A program made the translations under genes and the position numbers. A stretch of DNA of 64,000 bases from Iphione sp. A-MEVVRFRX5 (taxonomy: Eukaryota): contig OZ320314.1 of NCBI GenBank assembly GCA_976226885.1, positions 35,712,001-35,776,000 of the forward strand, written 5' to 3'. Within the stretch, counting starts at the first letter, position 1. The number at the start of each line of letters is the position of its first letter. Below the pieces are notes generated by a model. That model saw only the letters and a list, made by a program, of their open reading frames with translations, was not told where the DNA came from and made no database searches. Below are positions 1 to 14,437 of this stretch, one piece after another.

Positions 1-2049
1 AGTGTAGAACGAAACAACATTTTCAGAGCGCTTAACTGCATGCATCTGGTTGTATTTCACGTGACCACTATATGAATTTGTGTTCTAGATTGTACACGAA
101 CTTGCTGTTGCCACAGGTAAAAAGAAGCATTCCATCGGATGGGACAGCTGAAATCTGCTATTCTTTCGTGCAGCAGAGGCAACAGCAATTGAATGCGACT
201 GATACGATTTTAATATATACAGTAAGGCTTCCCCGTCAGTCGGACTCGTCACGTTTATGAATGGTCCCTACTACGACAGCTCTGTCTACATCTAGCAATA
301 CTCTGAGTAGACGAACAGGAAAAAATGTTTCCATATGCGGTTTATACTGATTTATGCTCGGCTTATGGAGGGGAATTGCTCTGTGCAGGTTCACTGATAT
401 TCCTTTGTCTTATCATGGTGACAATGGAGTGTTGTCAAGGAGCTGTCGCTTTCATGTCACGCACGAGGCCATCCTACGTTCTTAGATAGCTCCATGAAAA
501 ACAGCGCGTTGGCTCGGCCCGCGACTGCAATTTGCATTGACATGAAGTAGCTACTAAAAACAATGGGAAGGCGTTAGCTGCAACATATCGACATCTGTGG
601 TGCTGACCTGAAGACACTGTATTCTCCGAACATTTGTTGCATGTTGAAGTCAAAATTGACATCCCTAGAGATTCAACATAATCTGTTATATTATGGCAAG
701 GACACCTTGCATTTTTCGAAAATTATGCTTCTGGGCAAGTGGGATGATTGTAACGAGCCCTATCCGGCCATTACTGTTTAGTAATGCAGTTCCCATCTAC
801 ATGAGGCATGTCCTTTAAGATAAGAAAAAATCACCAGGCCGCCTTTTTATGGTAATGAAGAACGAAGAATACATGAGGGACACTTGTTCTTTCCGTATCA
901 GCTTCCTTCACGTTTGTCTTTTTATTCACTGAGCGATGTGATGACAGATTTTAAACGGTACCCTGTTCCTGGTAAACATCTCAGGCGGCACCCTTTAAAC
1001 TCTGGCAGGACAGTGTCGATTAGAATGTCTCTGTGTATTTCAGATTGGCTGGCTTTTTTCCAGCAAATCATTAGACCACTCTTGTACAGTCCCTGTGATC
1101 AAATTCTCGAAGGAATGTTCGAAGGCATTTCGGATTTTTCTACTGCTTCATGGGTTATTCTGGCAACTCAGCCTCCCTACTGTCCTGCCCACATCTCCTT
1201 TCTCATACTCCCTTAAGACCAGACCGTGTGAAGCGGGGCTCTAAATAGGCAGCGATGCTAGATTCCTATTCAGGGCAATTATTTATTACCTTCCCCTCCG
1301 AATCCTGCGGCTTTGATCTGAAAAGATCCTCTCCAGGCCTGATTATTAGTTCAAATTAGCATGCGAATGCTCATTATGAGCGGTAGAGCCGTCGTCATGC
1401 ATGTGCAGGTGGCCCAGATGATTACGTTAGCCCGACACAATGACTTTTTTCGGCGCGATAGAATCCATAATTGAATATTGATTTGGTGAAGTATAATACA
1501 TATATAACAGAAGTTTCGCACATCCCTACATGACATAGACCCAGCCTCAGTCAATGGAATTGCGCCTCCCATCCCCTCAGCCCGACATCCTGTTTTCAGT
1601 GATGGAAGGAGTTTAAATGAATAGAAATTTGATATTCATAGAAATACGAATGGAATTCTCCTTAATACAAGCTCCTACTCTTTCAGTAAGCACAAATAGT
1701 ACTCTTGTTCGCCAATCGATGAAGGAAGTCAATGGCACAGGAGGTGAGCATTTCTTCCATTTTTCAGCAGGAATCAATTGCCAGGTCCTCCCTGGCACAA
1801 GTGCTAGTACGGTTAGGGGAAGCAACATCGACAAGGTTCGAGTACTTGGACGAGGGCGAGACGGCGTGGACGGTAAGCGGAAGGGGGGGGGGGTGTAAAC
1901 TGCCCCTGGATTCGAGCCTGAAGCCATCTTTCCTCTTTTCCCGCTTTGCTATGCCCTAGCCGTAGCCTCCACCAACCTTCCTGGATTTCCTTTTCCACCG
2001 AGCCCGCTGAATTCGCAAGGCTATTGACGGTGTGTGGTAATACCATGCA

Positions 2050-2200
2050 AATCCGTGTGATATTCGCTGCTGCCTGCCGCCGGGCCGCCATATTTACAAG
2101 TCGCCGCCGGCGCGCCGTGCCCCTAAAGAGGACATTCGCTCAACTTTTTTTCGCTCGAAGCGGAAGTGATGAATGTGACACTTGGGCCCCGTCCGCCACG
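2050..2200 (-). promoter_or_regulatory. CpG-rich housekeeping-promoter-like patch (YY1 + ETS motifs) with possible minus-strand start codon
   Basis: GCCGCCATATTT at 2084-2095 (YY1-type CCATNTT; on the minus strand it reads AAATATGGCGGC, overlapping an ATG at 2091) and CGGAAGTG (ETS core) at 2161-2168, in locally GC/CpG-rich sequence. No downstream exon chain found. Confidence 0.35.
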
Positions 2201-4519
2201 AGCTCTGCCGAATCGCGTTCTGCAGATTTCAAATTCAATTTCACCTCCCGTTGGTCTGCCGCGTCAAGTACCGCGGAGAGAATAGGTTCGCGTATAATTC
2301 AGTCGAGTTAGATCTACGGCCTAAAAGTACGGGCCACTGAGATATTCGAGATGATGCCACTTGCCTTGCATTTCGGCCATTTATGTTGTTTGTCATCGTG
2401 GACCCTGCTAGTCGGGCCGCCCGGTAAATATGTAAGACGCTAAGCGTGTAAGAAGAGGCCTAATTGGCTACGACTGCTGCTCATCACCCAAGCCATGTCA
2501 ATATTCTAACACTAATACAGCGCCGTTTTATAGATGGCCAGCGTTGAACGCCACGGCCCAAGGGACAAGAGCGCTCGATACAAGGTCAGCTGGCGGTTCA
2601 CCACTTATGGCTGCACTCTCCTCATTGGGAACTGTCATTGCCACCCGACACGCTCTTCGGGGGTGACAGCTGCGTTAGCAACAATGAAGACGTCCCATAC
2701 AAAAACGATGAGCACACCCATACGAGGACCAGCGCAGGTAAAACATGGACATACAACATACACGAGTAAATCTTGTTAGGAAAAGCCACCCTATCTGTAC
2801 ACGCACCTTGCTAATAGAATTTAAAAAAAATGTTGAATCGAAACCATAAAATGTACATGTTTATGGTAATTGAATTGCCCATTCGAAACTTTATACTATA
2901 GTATGGAATATAATCCTGCCTATTCTCGTACGTTTATTGATTTATCGAGATATTTACCATTCGCCTCCTGAAGTCGTTCTGTGGAAATACCTCTTCAAAC
3001 GTATTTAACGCGTATGGTTATTCGCAATGGTGAGGATCGAGTGTGAACCTAACTTATTCTGTCACAACATACCCAGTGGGGTTTTCCATAATATCCATAT
3101 ACCTGGAAATGGTAATAGGAAATGCGATGCCCATTAACGTACATCTTAAACTATGCTATTGTGAATTTACATTGCTAAATTTCCAGAGATATTGGTGAAT
3201 CCACTATTCCCCGTTATGAAAAATATGCGTGCAGTTTGCTTGTGGGTTGTTTATACGTGACATGAGAATGTGAACCCTAGAAGTTGGTCCATTTCTCTTC
3301 GTTTCTTGCGAAATTGGATTTGCTTCAGGTTAACCGTTGCCGAGTACTTTTGCGACGGACAACCGCTTCCCGCAGCCTCCATTTAAATACAACACAATCG
3401 ATGCATCTCTTCGAAATCAATGGAAGGTATCTAGGGAAAAGCTGGCCTGTTTCCATCATAGATTGATAAATACGATCGATACTCCGATGAAACTTGCAAG
3501 TTTACAAGAAATTCAATTAATATCTGACATGTTTTGAGAAAAACTAATCCCACTTGAAACACTGAAGAGAAAGGGGTTATTACGTACAGAGGAGAAAAAT
3601 AAATTACCTTCACCTTTTGATATGCTTCATACTGAGATGGAAAATCAATTAGGACTGCTTCACTCCATTTCTCGGCAAATCCATTGCTTACTGAAAGCAG
3701 AAATGAACATTGCTCTATAAAACTCCACCATTTGTGCTTTGCTAGGTTACTAGCTCCTCAGAAATACCTTCATACAAATGCTCTGGTCTGTCTCGCATGG
3801 GCCAGTTATGATCCGAACGAAATTGCGATGCATACAGTCATCATTTAAACTAATCCTATCTTAAAGGGAACAGATACTCGGTAAAGTCACTTGGTGTTAA
3901 CGGCCTACTGCAGTGATCGAGGTAGTTGTGATATTGGCGCCTATGGTGGCACGCGGCTAGTTGGCTTCAGGTTGGGGTTGAGATTGGTCGTGGCAGCAGT
4001 TAGTATAAACTAGCATTGATTTGTGCAGTTGCTGTCCGAAAGGAGGAAAACTGAGGGCGCCGGCGGGAACCAGCGAGCTCTGTAGGACCGTTGATTAAGT
4101 AGACTTAATCTAGGATCGGCCGATAAAAAGCCTACTGGCCACTTGTGGTCCTTCACTCTGCGCTTGCAGCTCGTCTCGACTCGGCTGAAGCATTGAGGTG
4201 CGGTGGCAGTGGGCAATGCTGCCGACAACGCCAACAAAGTACCCGCGATCTGCCGCAACCATTAATTACGTTAGACTATCATTAATTTCCATCGTACGAG
4301 CGAGGCAGAGCAAGCCTGGAAGACTCTTCTTTGATTTGCCGGGCCAGGATCTCCAGCGTTTTGGTCGGAGTTACTTTGGCTTCTTCCATGGCTTCGCAAA
4401 CTAGTCCAGTCACAACTAGCTCCCTGACAAAGTGTGGCCCTGGTGCTGTCTGGTATCTGAATGCTGCAATACTACAGCAGGAGAAATTCAACAGGGACGG
4501 CGCTTTTTCACCATAATCT

Positions 4520-4660
4520 TCTTTGTTGGGCTTGGAACCTCAAGCAGCCAGTGCACAATCAATGGGAGCGGATGATAAGAATCGCTCGGTGGAAACAGAC
4601 AAACTACGAGATGAATTCTTCGCATTGTCTGTTCGGACGGAGAAGTTTGCACCTAGATTT
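4520..4660 (+). mobile_element. possible very decayed BEL/Pao LTR-retrotransposon integrase fragment
   Basis: Translation ...CWAWNLKQPVHNQWERMIRIAR (WERMIR at 4563-4580) resembles the BEL/Pao integrase motif W.FNPP..PH.GG.WERMIR. Single motif only, and flanks are weak. Confidence 0.2.
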
Positions 4661-7600
4661 AATTACATTATTGTACCCTGAGCACGACCGTTATTATTCT
4701 GAGCGGCTGCCTTCCGTAGAAAGTCTGCCAAGCTAAATAAATGACTGTTACTCTTCAGTGTAAGACCATGAGAATTCGGCGAGCGACATTTTTCTGTTAT
4801 AAAAACACTTCTGCTGTGAGAAGATGTTTGCGATCCCACCGTGTGCTGGTCTTACCTTAATGGCTTCATTTAAAACAATGGCAACACCGTGGGATGGTGC
4901 ATATAGGTTTATTTTTTTGTATTTTGAATTTAAAAATCTTAAAGAACATTACCTTTACTAAGTTAATGGCGTTTCTCCAAAAGGCATAAACAGACATTTT
5001 ACAATGAACCTTGCGGACAGCAATCAAAATCTCTATACCTTATGTGGATTATTCGAAATATGCGAGCTGTTCGATAATTGTTACAATAACAATGTAGTCT
5101 ACATGAGTCCTAGAATATGTCACGTATCGATATATATATTGATATAATATATATATTTAGATACACATATTATTAGCACTTCATGTTCGTTTCCAGAAAG
5201 TATTTCTTGGCTAGCAAGAGTATTTCATTCAAGACGTTTGCAATCTTTTGCCTGAACCAGCACTAAAAAGAGCTTGTCCGTACCTATCTCTCTCCCTATA
5301 TCAACGCCTGTATTTATTGCTTTTTATTTGACGGTGCAAATATTCATCCTGTCTGTCGTATCTCTGTAGATGGCGTTGACACATCCCTTCCGATCAGAGC
5401 TTTCCATCACCATCGCATCACCATGATTCAGATTAGTGTGCATCTTCCCTCTGGACATGTTGCATATATACGCTATCGCTTGTCTTGTCTCTTGGCGATT
5501 GCTTTGGGTATTGGAGCCTTCTGTGTCTGAGAGCAGCAGTTTGAGCCGCCTCCGAACAGGGGCCTGACAGTCGGCTACGGTCATGACCCATGAATTGGAT
5601 TTGTACCGCCTTATATGTTGGAATCGCCAAGAGACAGACCATCGGTGACCTTGCTGTCCCACAGCCCCAATGCACCATCATCTAATGACTAATACATGCC
5701 CTAATGCAGAAATATCTCTCTCTTTTACGATTGTCACACACAGTATGCGTGTATTGAAATTTGTTTAGTACGATGACGTCCAATCCCTTCTGCACTACTC
5801 CTGTGTGCTTCTTTGAGTGTACATCTACAAAACGTTATGCTTCTCCGTCCATCAGATTTTACTTACACATCGGATTACAGCGACGAAAGAGAATCTTGAC
5901 CTGATATCTTTTTCTTTGCAATCGACTATTACATAACATTGTCTTTCAGCGAATCAGAAATAACTATCAGTATTCTTCTGACAGGTACTCAGAAAAAGAA
6001 AGTCGGAAGTGTTGAAATACAAATATCTCTATATATACATGCACATGTGAATGGATACATATGTACATGGCACAGAAAAAAGGGTACCTGCTTTAGCGAT
6101 TTCTTGCAGAATGATGTTTTTTTTAGTTTTAAAATGCATGACTATTTCTTTTCAATAGCGGTTATGAACTGCATTGGTGAAAAACAACAGCCTATTGTTT
6201 TATTCATCACAAAATATAAAGATATGAGTCTGTAAAAAAAAAGCACAACCTATATACATTTAGGTACAATGAAAAAGGCATTCTCTTGATGCAAAGTAGA
6301 AACACGATGGACAAAGTAATTCACCTGAAACGCTACCTAAACTGTCCTAGAAAGGCAAACCCTTGTATTTGCAGAAGGGCGAAATTAATATCAAAATACA
6401 AAGTAATGTAGCTTGTACTACGAATAGTGACTTTTCATCCATAGGATACTTCTACCTTTTGGTAACTTAGATACATCCAACTGCAGACACTGCACATTGG
6501 CTGAGCGTGCATATTTTTCTATTATTCTACTAAATACACGGAAGGAAGAGACATGCATTGTTTCTTTTCTGTGGGAAGCAAGCAAACAAAATCATTCCTA
6601 AAAAAACAAATGCATTTGAATGTGGGATATTCAATGGTTTCATTAAACAAAAAATTATTTGAACAATATCATACTATCACGGGAATATTACCGATATGAC
6701 TTTAACCTGAAGCGGAATCCCGGAAAGAACACGCTCTACACAGGTAAAAGGCAGTACCTGCAGTAACGTCACACTACTGCTCAGGCAAAAGACAGTAAAT
6801 GTCAGATATGACTTTTGCATAAATATTGTATCATGTCTGACCTGTTATAATAAAGGAGTAAGACCGAGTTGACTTTGCCCACATATAATGAGTTAGCAGG
6901 TTCATGTATATCCTTGAGCAATACAACTCATTTACACCCAAAGAAGCTATTACATGTACCGTCTTTTAAGTACGGGGGCAGTAAACCAATTAGTTTGTTT
7001 TTAAACATTTTTCATATGACAGCTATTAAGATGATTAAGATATGTTTGAAGAAAAAAGATGTCAGATGTCAGAAAATAACCCCTTAAGGATGGAATGAAC
7101 CTGATCTTAAACACGTCTCTCATGTTGTTTTTCCATTTTGCTCACAGAATTAAATACGTGCCGTGGTGACAAGAACTCAATATCTGTTTAACCAGGTAGC
7201 TATTTCTGCTTTGGCAAGATTCATAAATACAATATGGAGACAGCTCTTTTTGCCCCTCACAGAAAGCAACAGACCAAAGTCATGGCCAGGAAATATAATG
7301 ACGTCACTGCCAGAGAGCATGGCGCTCCCTTTCTCGCACAAATGACAAATATGAATCTCACCCACAAGGGGGCTGTTCACATTTTCCCGCAACATAATGA
7401 TTTGAAAAGTTTTTTTTGTGCTGGTATGTCTCAACACTTCTTCGATATAAAACAAGGAACAGAATATTCGCCATTTAGAAGTATTTTACCCGTATACTTC
7501 CCGACACAGAAAAACGACGTTTTTTTTGTACTCGAGTACGCATCTCTACGTCGGAGCTAGCATTGTGCTCATCATTACTGCATAGATCATTCCAGCCGTC

Positions 7601-8952
7601 CTCGCGATGACAGTTACGCTGTCATGATCTCCGAGCTAAAACAATATGATCATGATCGATTATAATCAGAAGCTATTTCATAACGATAGCTGAACATTAG
7701 TACAGCAATGATGTAATAGTAGTATCGATTCTCATGCGGTTTCTTTTTAGATGAGATTGGAGTCGGTAGAATGTAATTCATCCCCTTGCCTGTTAACAAA
7801 TATTTCCGATCTGGGGAATAACACGATAACTGTTCTTTTTTCCATTTGATCAATGCCAGACGAGGCCTTACACCAAGCGTTCACTCCAAGGCATCACCGA
7901 GCACGATAGATTTAATAAGAATAAAAATGTCGGTAAGAAACAAAGTTAAATAAACAGACATCATCGGTTACCCTCAAGACCAGGACGGATCAGATGGGTT
8001 TCTAGATGCGCCTCCTCAAGAGATACGAGCAACTCTTTCATATTTCATGCGCTCGGTGGACACTGATGGATGAGATTAGCCGAGGGACATGCTCGGTATT
8101 CACTGTTCAAGTACAGAGAGCAGCTACAAGGCCATCCTGGCCTCATTAGATATGATGAGTGTTTGTTTCATAGGAGGTGGGGTCGGCCCTTCCATGTCAA
8201 CTATCCAAACAGAGGCAGCAAGACAAAGGCATACACCGTCGCACAAAAACATTAATCTCTTGTTACCAGCCAGGCAATAATAAAGGTCGTGTTTCTCCTT
8301 TTCTGGGTATCAATTCATACATAAACGACTCCTCAGATTCAATGCACTGAATACGATGATGTGAAATCTAATCCTGCAAAGGTTCATTCTAATACGTATC
8401 CTGATACACGTAAAGAACATTATAAAGCCGCGTTTTAAGGCTCATGAAAATTTTCTCAGGAGAAAGGTATCCATCTTGAATTTCAGTATCAGCAAGAACT
8501 TCATAATTTAAACTCAAAATCCGGTTGACATCACTCAGCTATAGACTAATACTTATTAGGTCCTGACGTCATTAGCCTCGGGGTACATATCTTCTTTTTA
8601 AAAATGGGAAAAGTACTTTTCATGTGGCGGCCAATTACATAAATATTTATCTAGCTCCACAATAAAAGTCTAAGCAGATCAAGCATAAGAAAAACTTCCA
8701 GTCTGGTGCAGCTGCTCGCTCGGCGAACAAGGCGGGCCTTTATCAGTTCTGAACCTTGTGCATTGAATGGAGGCCGGTGTAAATGCTGTGGTAGGTGTTC
8801 CCGTCCTAACCACTCGACGCCGGAAAGACTCAGAAGTTTATTGTGTGACTGTGCCAGGCGCATATACTGTGCCTGTATTTAACACCGTGGGACGGTTGAC
8901 GTTTTACGATTCGGCCCGAGAGGTAGACGGCTCTTTGGTCCCCTCTCTCTCC

Positions 8953-9022
8953 CACCCTAGACTAAGCTCAACCGATAAGGACAGGGCCAAATTAGTGATT
9001 TCACGCTGCTTGGTCTAGGGTG
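8953..9022. other. 15-bp inverted repeat / stem-loop
   Basis: CACCCTAGACTAAGC (8953-8967) pairs with GCTTGGTCTAGGGTG (9008-9022): 14 Watson-Crick pairs plus one U:G in the + RNA, 40-nt loop. Confidence 0.7.
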
Positions 9023-9029
9023 CGTGTGG

Positions 9030-9661
9030 ACTGTCCCCGCTCCATCGACGGTCGGGTCAGACGCGGGTCGTTGCGCCCCCACGCGCACGGACGCGTGCAG
9101 CCGCCTAGACGCACGTGCCCCCCGCCCGACCCTCCCCGCCAACCCCCTGCATGGGCAACCTTATTATAAATAAAACTCATAAAAAAGTGAGCCTGCTGGG
9201 TCACCGTCGCCTCGCGCGTCCACGCTCCTGCACGCGGGGCGCAAGAAGCCTTTCCAGTCAGCCGTGGCAGCTATTTCATTGGCTGGTCATATTCCCACAT
9301 CTGAGCCAACGTGAACTGCGGGCAAAGGAGGCCGCCGGCTCACATCAATCGGGTGCAAGAAAGAGTTTGATTCCCTTTCATCGGACCACCTGACATGTTA
9401 AAACTTGTCATCGCGACACCTGCTGCGTCCACGCACAAATCAGCCCTGATCGCATCCTCTCTTTCGCTGCGTACGCCACAGGGCAACGCCGCATCCTAAC
9501 GTAGCAGGCATTCTTACAGAGTTTTGCTCTGAGGATCCAATAGCGTTAAAAGGACGACTCCCTCGTGCACAAACGGGTCTCTTTTATCGGCAGCAGATCG
9601 GCGTAGACCAGGGAGGAAATACCCGGTGAGAAGAGAACTGTTCACAAACATGGAGGTGAGT
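9030..9661 (+). promoter_or_regulatory. candidate promoter and first exon ending in ATG-GAG|GTGAGT
   Basis: CpG-rich 9030-9260 with TATAAATA at 9165-9172. ACAAACATGG (good Kozak) ATG at 9650-9652, GAG at 9653-9655, then consensus donor GTGAGT at 9656-9661. No confirmed downstream exon. Confidence 0.35.
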
Positions 9662-12600
9662 CAGAATTATTCCTGAAGGCTGTCGGCGGCTAGATTAGTT
9701 TTTTGTGTGCCTATTAATTTTAATCAAGAATAATCCAATCGTAGCAGATTGACAGCTGCAGGGAAATAATGCCGGAATTTGGTCCAATCGACAATTTCCA
9801 ACTTGGCACTAATTGGTAAGAATTAAGTAAATTTGCCGTAATTATACACAACACATGCAAATTAAATAAAAATTGCACTATCCTTTCCCACTACCTAATC
9901 CCAATATAACTATTTCCTAAGAATATTCTTGTGTCCATAGCAGTGATATTACGGTGGCTCATCTTGCATGCAAAGCCATATTAGTGGGGTTGCAGGAACT
10001 AAATGAGGTCATTCCAAAAGCTTAGATCATCTCTTTCATAAGGAGCAAAGAAAGTGCACTGGCTAGCTAGAGTTTGAGTAAGTGAATTTCCATCTCATAT
10101 GAAACTTTCCAATGTTATTCCACAGTTAGCAGAGTGGCATTATCATGCAGACCTCCAGAATTGAAATGTTTCCATGCGTATAACAGGAATGAATATTTTC
10201 CTTCGACATCAATGACCACACTATATATAATCCTCTTGAAAGTTGCAGTTTACTGATTCAGTGAATATTTGGTGGAACGTAAACAGCAACATGGTTTAGA
10301 GTGAATTGTCCAAGACGGCCTCCCATTCACATGATAAAGGACCACAAAGGAGGCCGCCACAAGAACGTAATCGCATTTAATCAATCACAGACGAACAATC
10401 TTGAACATTCGGGGCGGATTCATCCTTCAATGAATGTCTGAGTTGTCTACGTTGGTTACCGCCGAAACGGAAGAATTCCCTGGATGAGGGCATATGCAAA
10501 TCTCTATCTGTGCGCGGGAAACTGTGTCACAGTATTTCCTAGATCGATACACAATTGCCCCAATGAGATACTACCATAGAATACGAGGAGCAAATGCCGG
10601 TCGGCAACGTCTAAGATTGGGGCGTATTGAATTAGTTGCGGGTCCTGCCGAGGGCAAGAACTATCTTACCGCACTATTAATGAATCACTCAGGAGTTGTC
10701 GCCACGCCCAAAAGCGCAGACGGCGTCGCACTCAGACCGATACGTTAATTTGTATGCCATTCATCATAATTCTATCAGCGACACGTGATTCATCGGCCAC
10801 GAGCAAACAACACTCGTGTATGGCCCCCCCCCAAGTCCCTGCGATAGAAAGAAGGTGGGGGGGGGGGGGGTTGCAGGAAGGTGTCATGCAGTCGCCATAC
10901 TGCACTTACGCTCACATTACATTATTCGGCGGCCATGTGACTGACGTCGTCGAGCACTGTCACCCTAGTCGGCACGACGACCGCCGCCGCCGCTGCCGTC
11001 GCGACTCGACGACATCACGTCCTGGCTATAGCTGCGCGTGTCGGGTCGCGCGACGGCTGTCAGCCGGACGTCATTAGGCAGGTGAAAAAACAGCCATAAC
11101 AGCAGGTACGGTTACCAGGGCAGCCGGGTGGACGAGGGCGCTGGGTCCGGGTCCGTGGTGGGTGGGGGTCCATAAATCACTTGTGACGCTTGGGCTACGC
11201 CATCATATCACTTAAGACCTGCAAAGGACCTGTATCAGTCCTGCCTGCTGCTACTTCCTCGCGCCTGCCGTTTAGGAAACCTTCCATTACACCAAACAGG
11301 ATCGAGCAGTTAATCGAATAATCCCAATGCCACAGTCTATGCAAAAAAAAAATAGCGCTTGTGGGTAGGCGACGGTTGCGTTCAGCTGGCGCATCCAAAA
11401 TACTGTCTTCACAAGGCTTATGGGAAAATGACAGATGTAAGGCTAGCCTTTCATAAACTACCAGGTGATGAACCCAATAAGGAGACGACAACCAGCGCCG
11501 ATTGGTTCCTCTTCGCAGTTTGACCCCGCACAGTGCGTCAGATATACGGTCTTGTCAGCGCCTCCCGAAGAGTGGGCCAGAAACCGTGCCAGAACAACAT
11601 GGAATATGCAGGCTTTGGCAGGCAGGTTTCCTCACAGCTGCTTATTGCCGAAACGCTCACATTAAGTTCCCTTTTGTCACCGCAAGTTTGTGTTAGACTT
11701 ATAAATTCCTCCTCTACCGAACACATATTAACTACTCATTCATTCAGGCTATCGTTGCAGCACGGTTTGTGGTCTTCGGCAAACCGAATTCGTTTCACTT
11801 GGTGTTGCTGAGGACGAGGAGGAGCTGGCTTGGGGGGAAAACAAGCCACTGGTGATTCACCGTCAATAAGGAGTAAATTGCCGAGAATAGGCGAAACAGT
11901 TTTAAGCGTGTACTCATGCCTGATGCTTAAATAAAAGTCATTTTAGTGCAATGCGTCATTCTGAAAAAGAAATCTCATTCGGCTGTTTTCATTCGGAGAC
12001 GGTAGCAAATAAACGAAACTTCATGTGTTTCTGCCAGTACTGCCATTACAGCCGGCTCTTGATTGCCTCTCAGGACAATATAAAGACTGTTTTTTCCATG
12101 AAGAGATTTGCAATGAAACAAGCCCATGCTTTGTGATGAAATTGGGCTAAAATTTGCATTGTCCATTTGGGGCATCTAGGTCCCCTGCTTGTTAAGTCCT
12201 CGTCCTGATCCTATTGTTTCCACGTCCTGGTACGCCATGCATCATAGGCCGCGTGATATCATCCTGAATAGGCCGTGTAATTGGCAGCTGAAATAATCAT
12301 TCTCATCTTAATTATTCTACCATGGACATTTGTTACTCTGCTGAAAAAAATAGTACAAATGATAAGACGGTATTTTCAACATTTGACCTATGTTGTTGCA
12401 ATGCAGTACCAACGAAAACTGCGTGGAAAGTGGACACTGTTGAACTTGGAGAACATGTCAGCAGTGGCCTTCTATCGATTAGCTAAAGGTAAAGGGTTGA
12501 AAGCTTTAGGATGGATTTGTACCCCCAGCATTGCCACATTGCCTGATGGGGTGATAATCACACTGGTTAAGCTGAGCACAATGCCTCCTCAGCTCCCTGG

Positions 12601-14437
12601 ACACGTGCCCCGGGGCCCGAACGATTCACACTGGGCAGGTTGGACCGTCACTTACGAGGTCTCCATGGAAACTTCTCAATCCAGCAGCCAACATTATTTA
12701 TGTCCAGGAGCAGACAGAAACTTAAAAATTTCCCATCTCTTAGATGTCTTTCTCCTGTGTGTAGTACAAATGTGGAAATGCGTTCGACAATCATCGACGG
12801 GGCCTCTTCTCTGTGGTGTTTGGGGAGTTAATAACGGCTCAGCAAAATAATGTGCTTGGCATTTAAAACCTTAGATTGCGAGGTCACGACAGAAGGAATA
12901 TTCTTTGCATATGACAAGCAGTCACTTTCTCGTCTATTTGCAGATATCAAGCAGCAACATATAAATAGGAAAGCTACATATCAGAACAACCTTGGTTCTC
13001 AGACTGTCCCTATTTCAGACATGGCCTATCAGGTACTTCCTATAATATATTGTAAATACAATCTGTTCTTCCTAAAAATGTGCCTATCGAAGGCATGTCC
13101 CTATTGGACACGTATTCCTAAAGTGACTTTCCGCTATGAATTAGCAATAAAAAATGAAGACTTTGTACAACTGTAAAGTCATAAAACATTTTATAGTTAC
13201 TGATGTTCAGCAGTTCGTTCTCGTTTACGTGGGTAGGATGATCCACACCACTAGCTGCAACATAAAGTCGCATGTATAATATTGAATACAAAATATGGTA
13301 AGACGCAGCAAGCACGAAAGAAACGTACAGTGACACAAAAAATGATCATAAACGTAGTTATTGCTCACTAAGTTTCCGAACACGAAGCAATCTAATCGTA
13401 ATGGAGTCCATAAAACCCGCAAAAAACCCAATTACCTTTTCGGAAGATGGGAGGAGAATATTTATGGTTGATCTTGGCATTATTGCAGGCAGTTGGGATT
13501 ATGCTGTCGAGGCAACATATGGTGTGGGGCGTGACACACAGAGGGGCCGGGGGACGGATGGGGTCAGGTCGGGGGAGCCGTTTGCAGTCCTGTGGCAGGG
13601 CCCCCCGAGCCACCAGCTTTAAAACATGTATCCAGTATAGATTAGGGTTGCACGAACGGCCGGCATGTCCTGTAGCATGTTCCAGCTGAACTGTCCTCCT
13701 AGCGACGCTTTCCACCTGCAGCCGATCACCCCTTAGGCGCCTCATGTCCTCGCCTACGTCCTCTCCGTATAACCTCGACCTTCCATTTTTGCCTTGGCCG
13801 TTGTTTCCACATGTTCCATTGCCATGGTGATCCGGCAAGTATCTTTTTAAAATGCAATCAGGCATTAATTGTACCTCACTCTTCGGTGAATTGACTGCTC
13901 GTGGCACGCGGCTTTGTGGATTGGAGTAGACCATAGTGGTGGCAGGCGCCCTTGTATTGTTGCGGCCACTGAGACAGACCATGCGTACATTAGTCTCGCA
14001 GTCGGACCATTGTCTTCAGCATAGTGCTTCACTTTGTACCTTCCCGGTTTCGTTGTCGGGCAACAAAGAATTTTGAATTACATCAAACAATAAGCTTACC
14101 TTATCTAGCAAGTTCCGTTTCGACTGAAAAAAAAAATGAAAGTTGTCATGATGTAAATTGAAGCTTCCAATCTCCGTGAACAGATACCTGCCGTGGGAAC
14201 ACATTTGGATTTGGTGTCATGGATGTAGGCGGGGTAGGATAATGAATACATGTATGATGTTTCTCCTGATGCAAGCAGTAATAATTTCATTGGCCTTTGT
14301 CCTTCATCGAGTTCCCCTTAGCCCTTGTGGGGTTAGGACTGGGGGGGGAGGGGGTACTTCTGTGGGAAACAAGAAACGGGGGCTATTTATGTGGGAAACA
14401 GGGAGCGGTATTATTTCTTTCACGAAGCAATAATATA

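Noticed and set aside
1744-1767. GTGAGC...TTTTTCAG 24-nt mini-intron-like unit
   Set aside because: Far below normal metazoan intron size, and the host ORF is unsupported.
1805-1845. tRNA/SINE-like A- and B-box look-alikes
   Set aside because: Spacing is too short for a tRNA and there is no cloverleaf.
12281-13176. Tandem ORFs (189 aa and 108 aa) joined by a TAATG stop-start overlap
   Set aside because: The first ORF starts at TTG and neither peptide resembles a known family. An ORF of ~190 codons is expected about once by chance in six frames of 64 kb.
13392-13982. Longest ORF (196 aa, minus strand)
   Set aside because: No recognisable domain or splice support. Length is within chance expectation.
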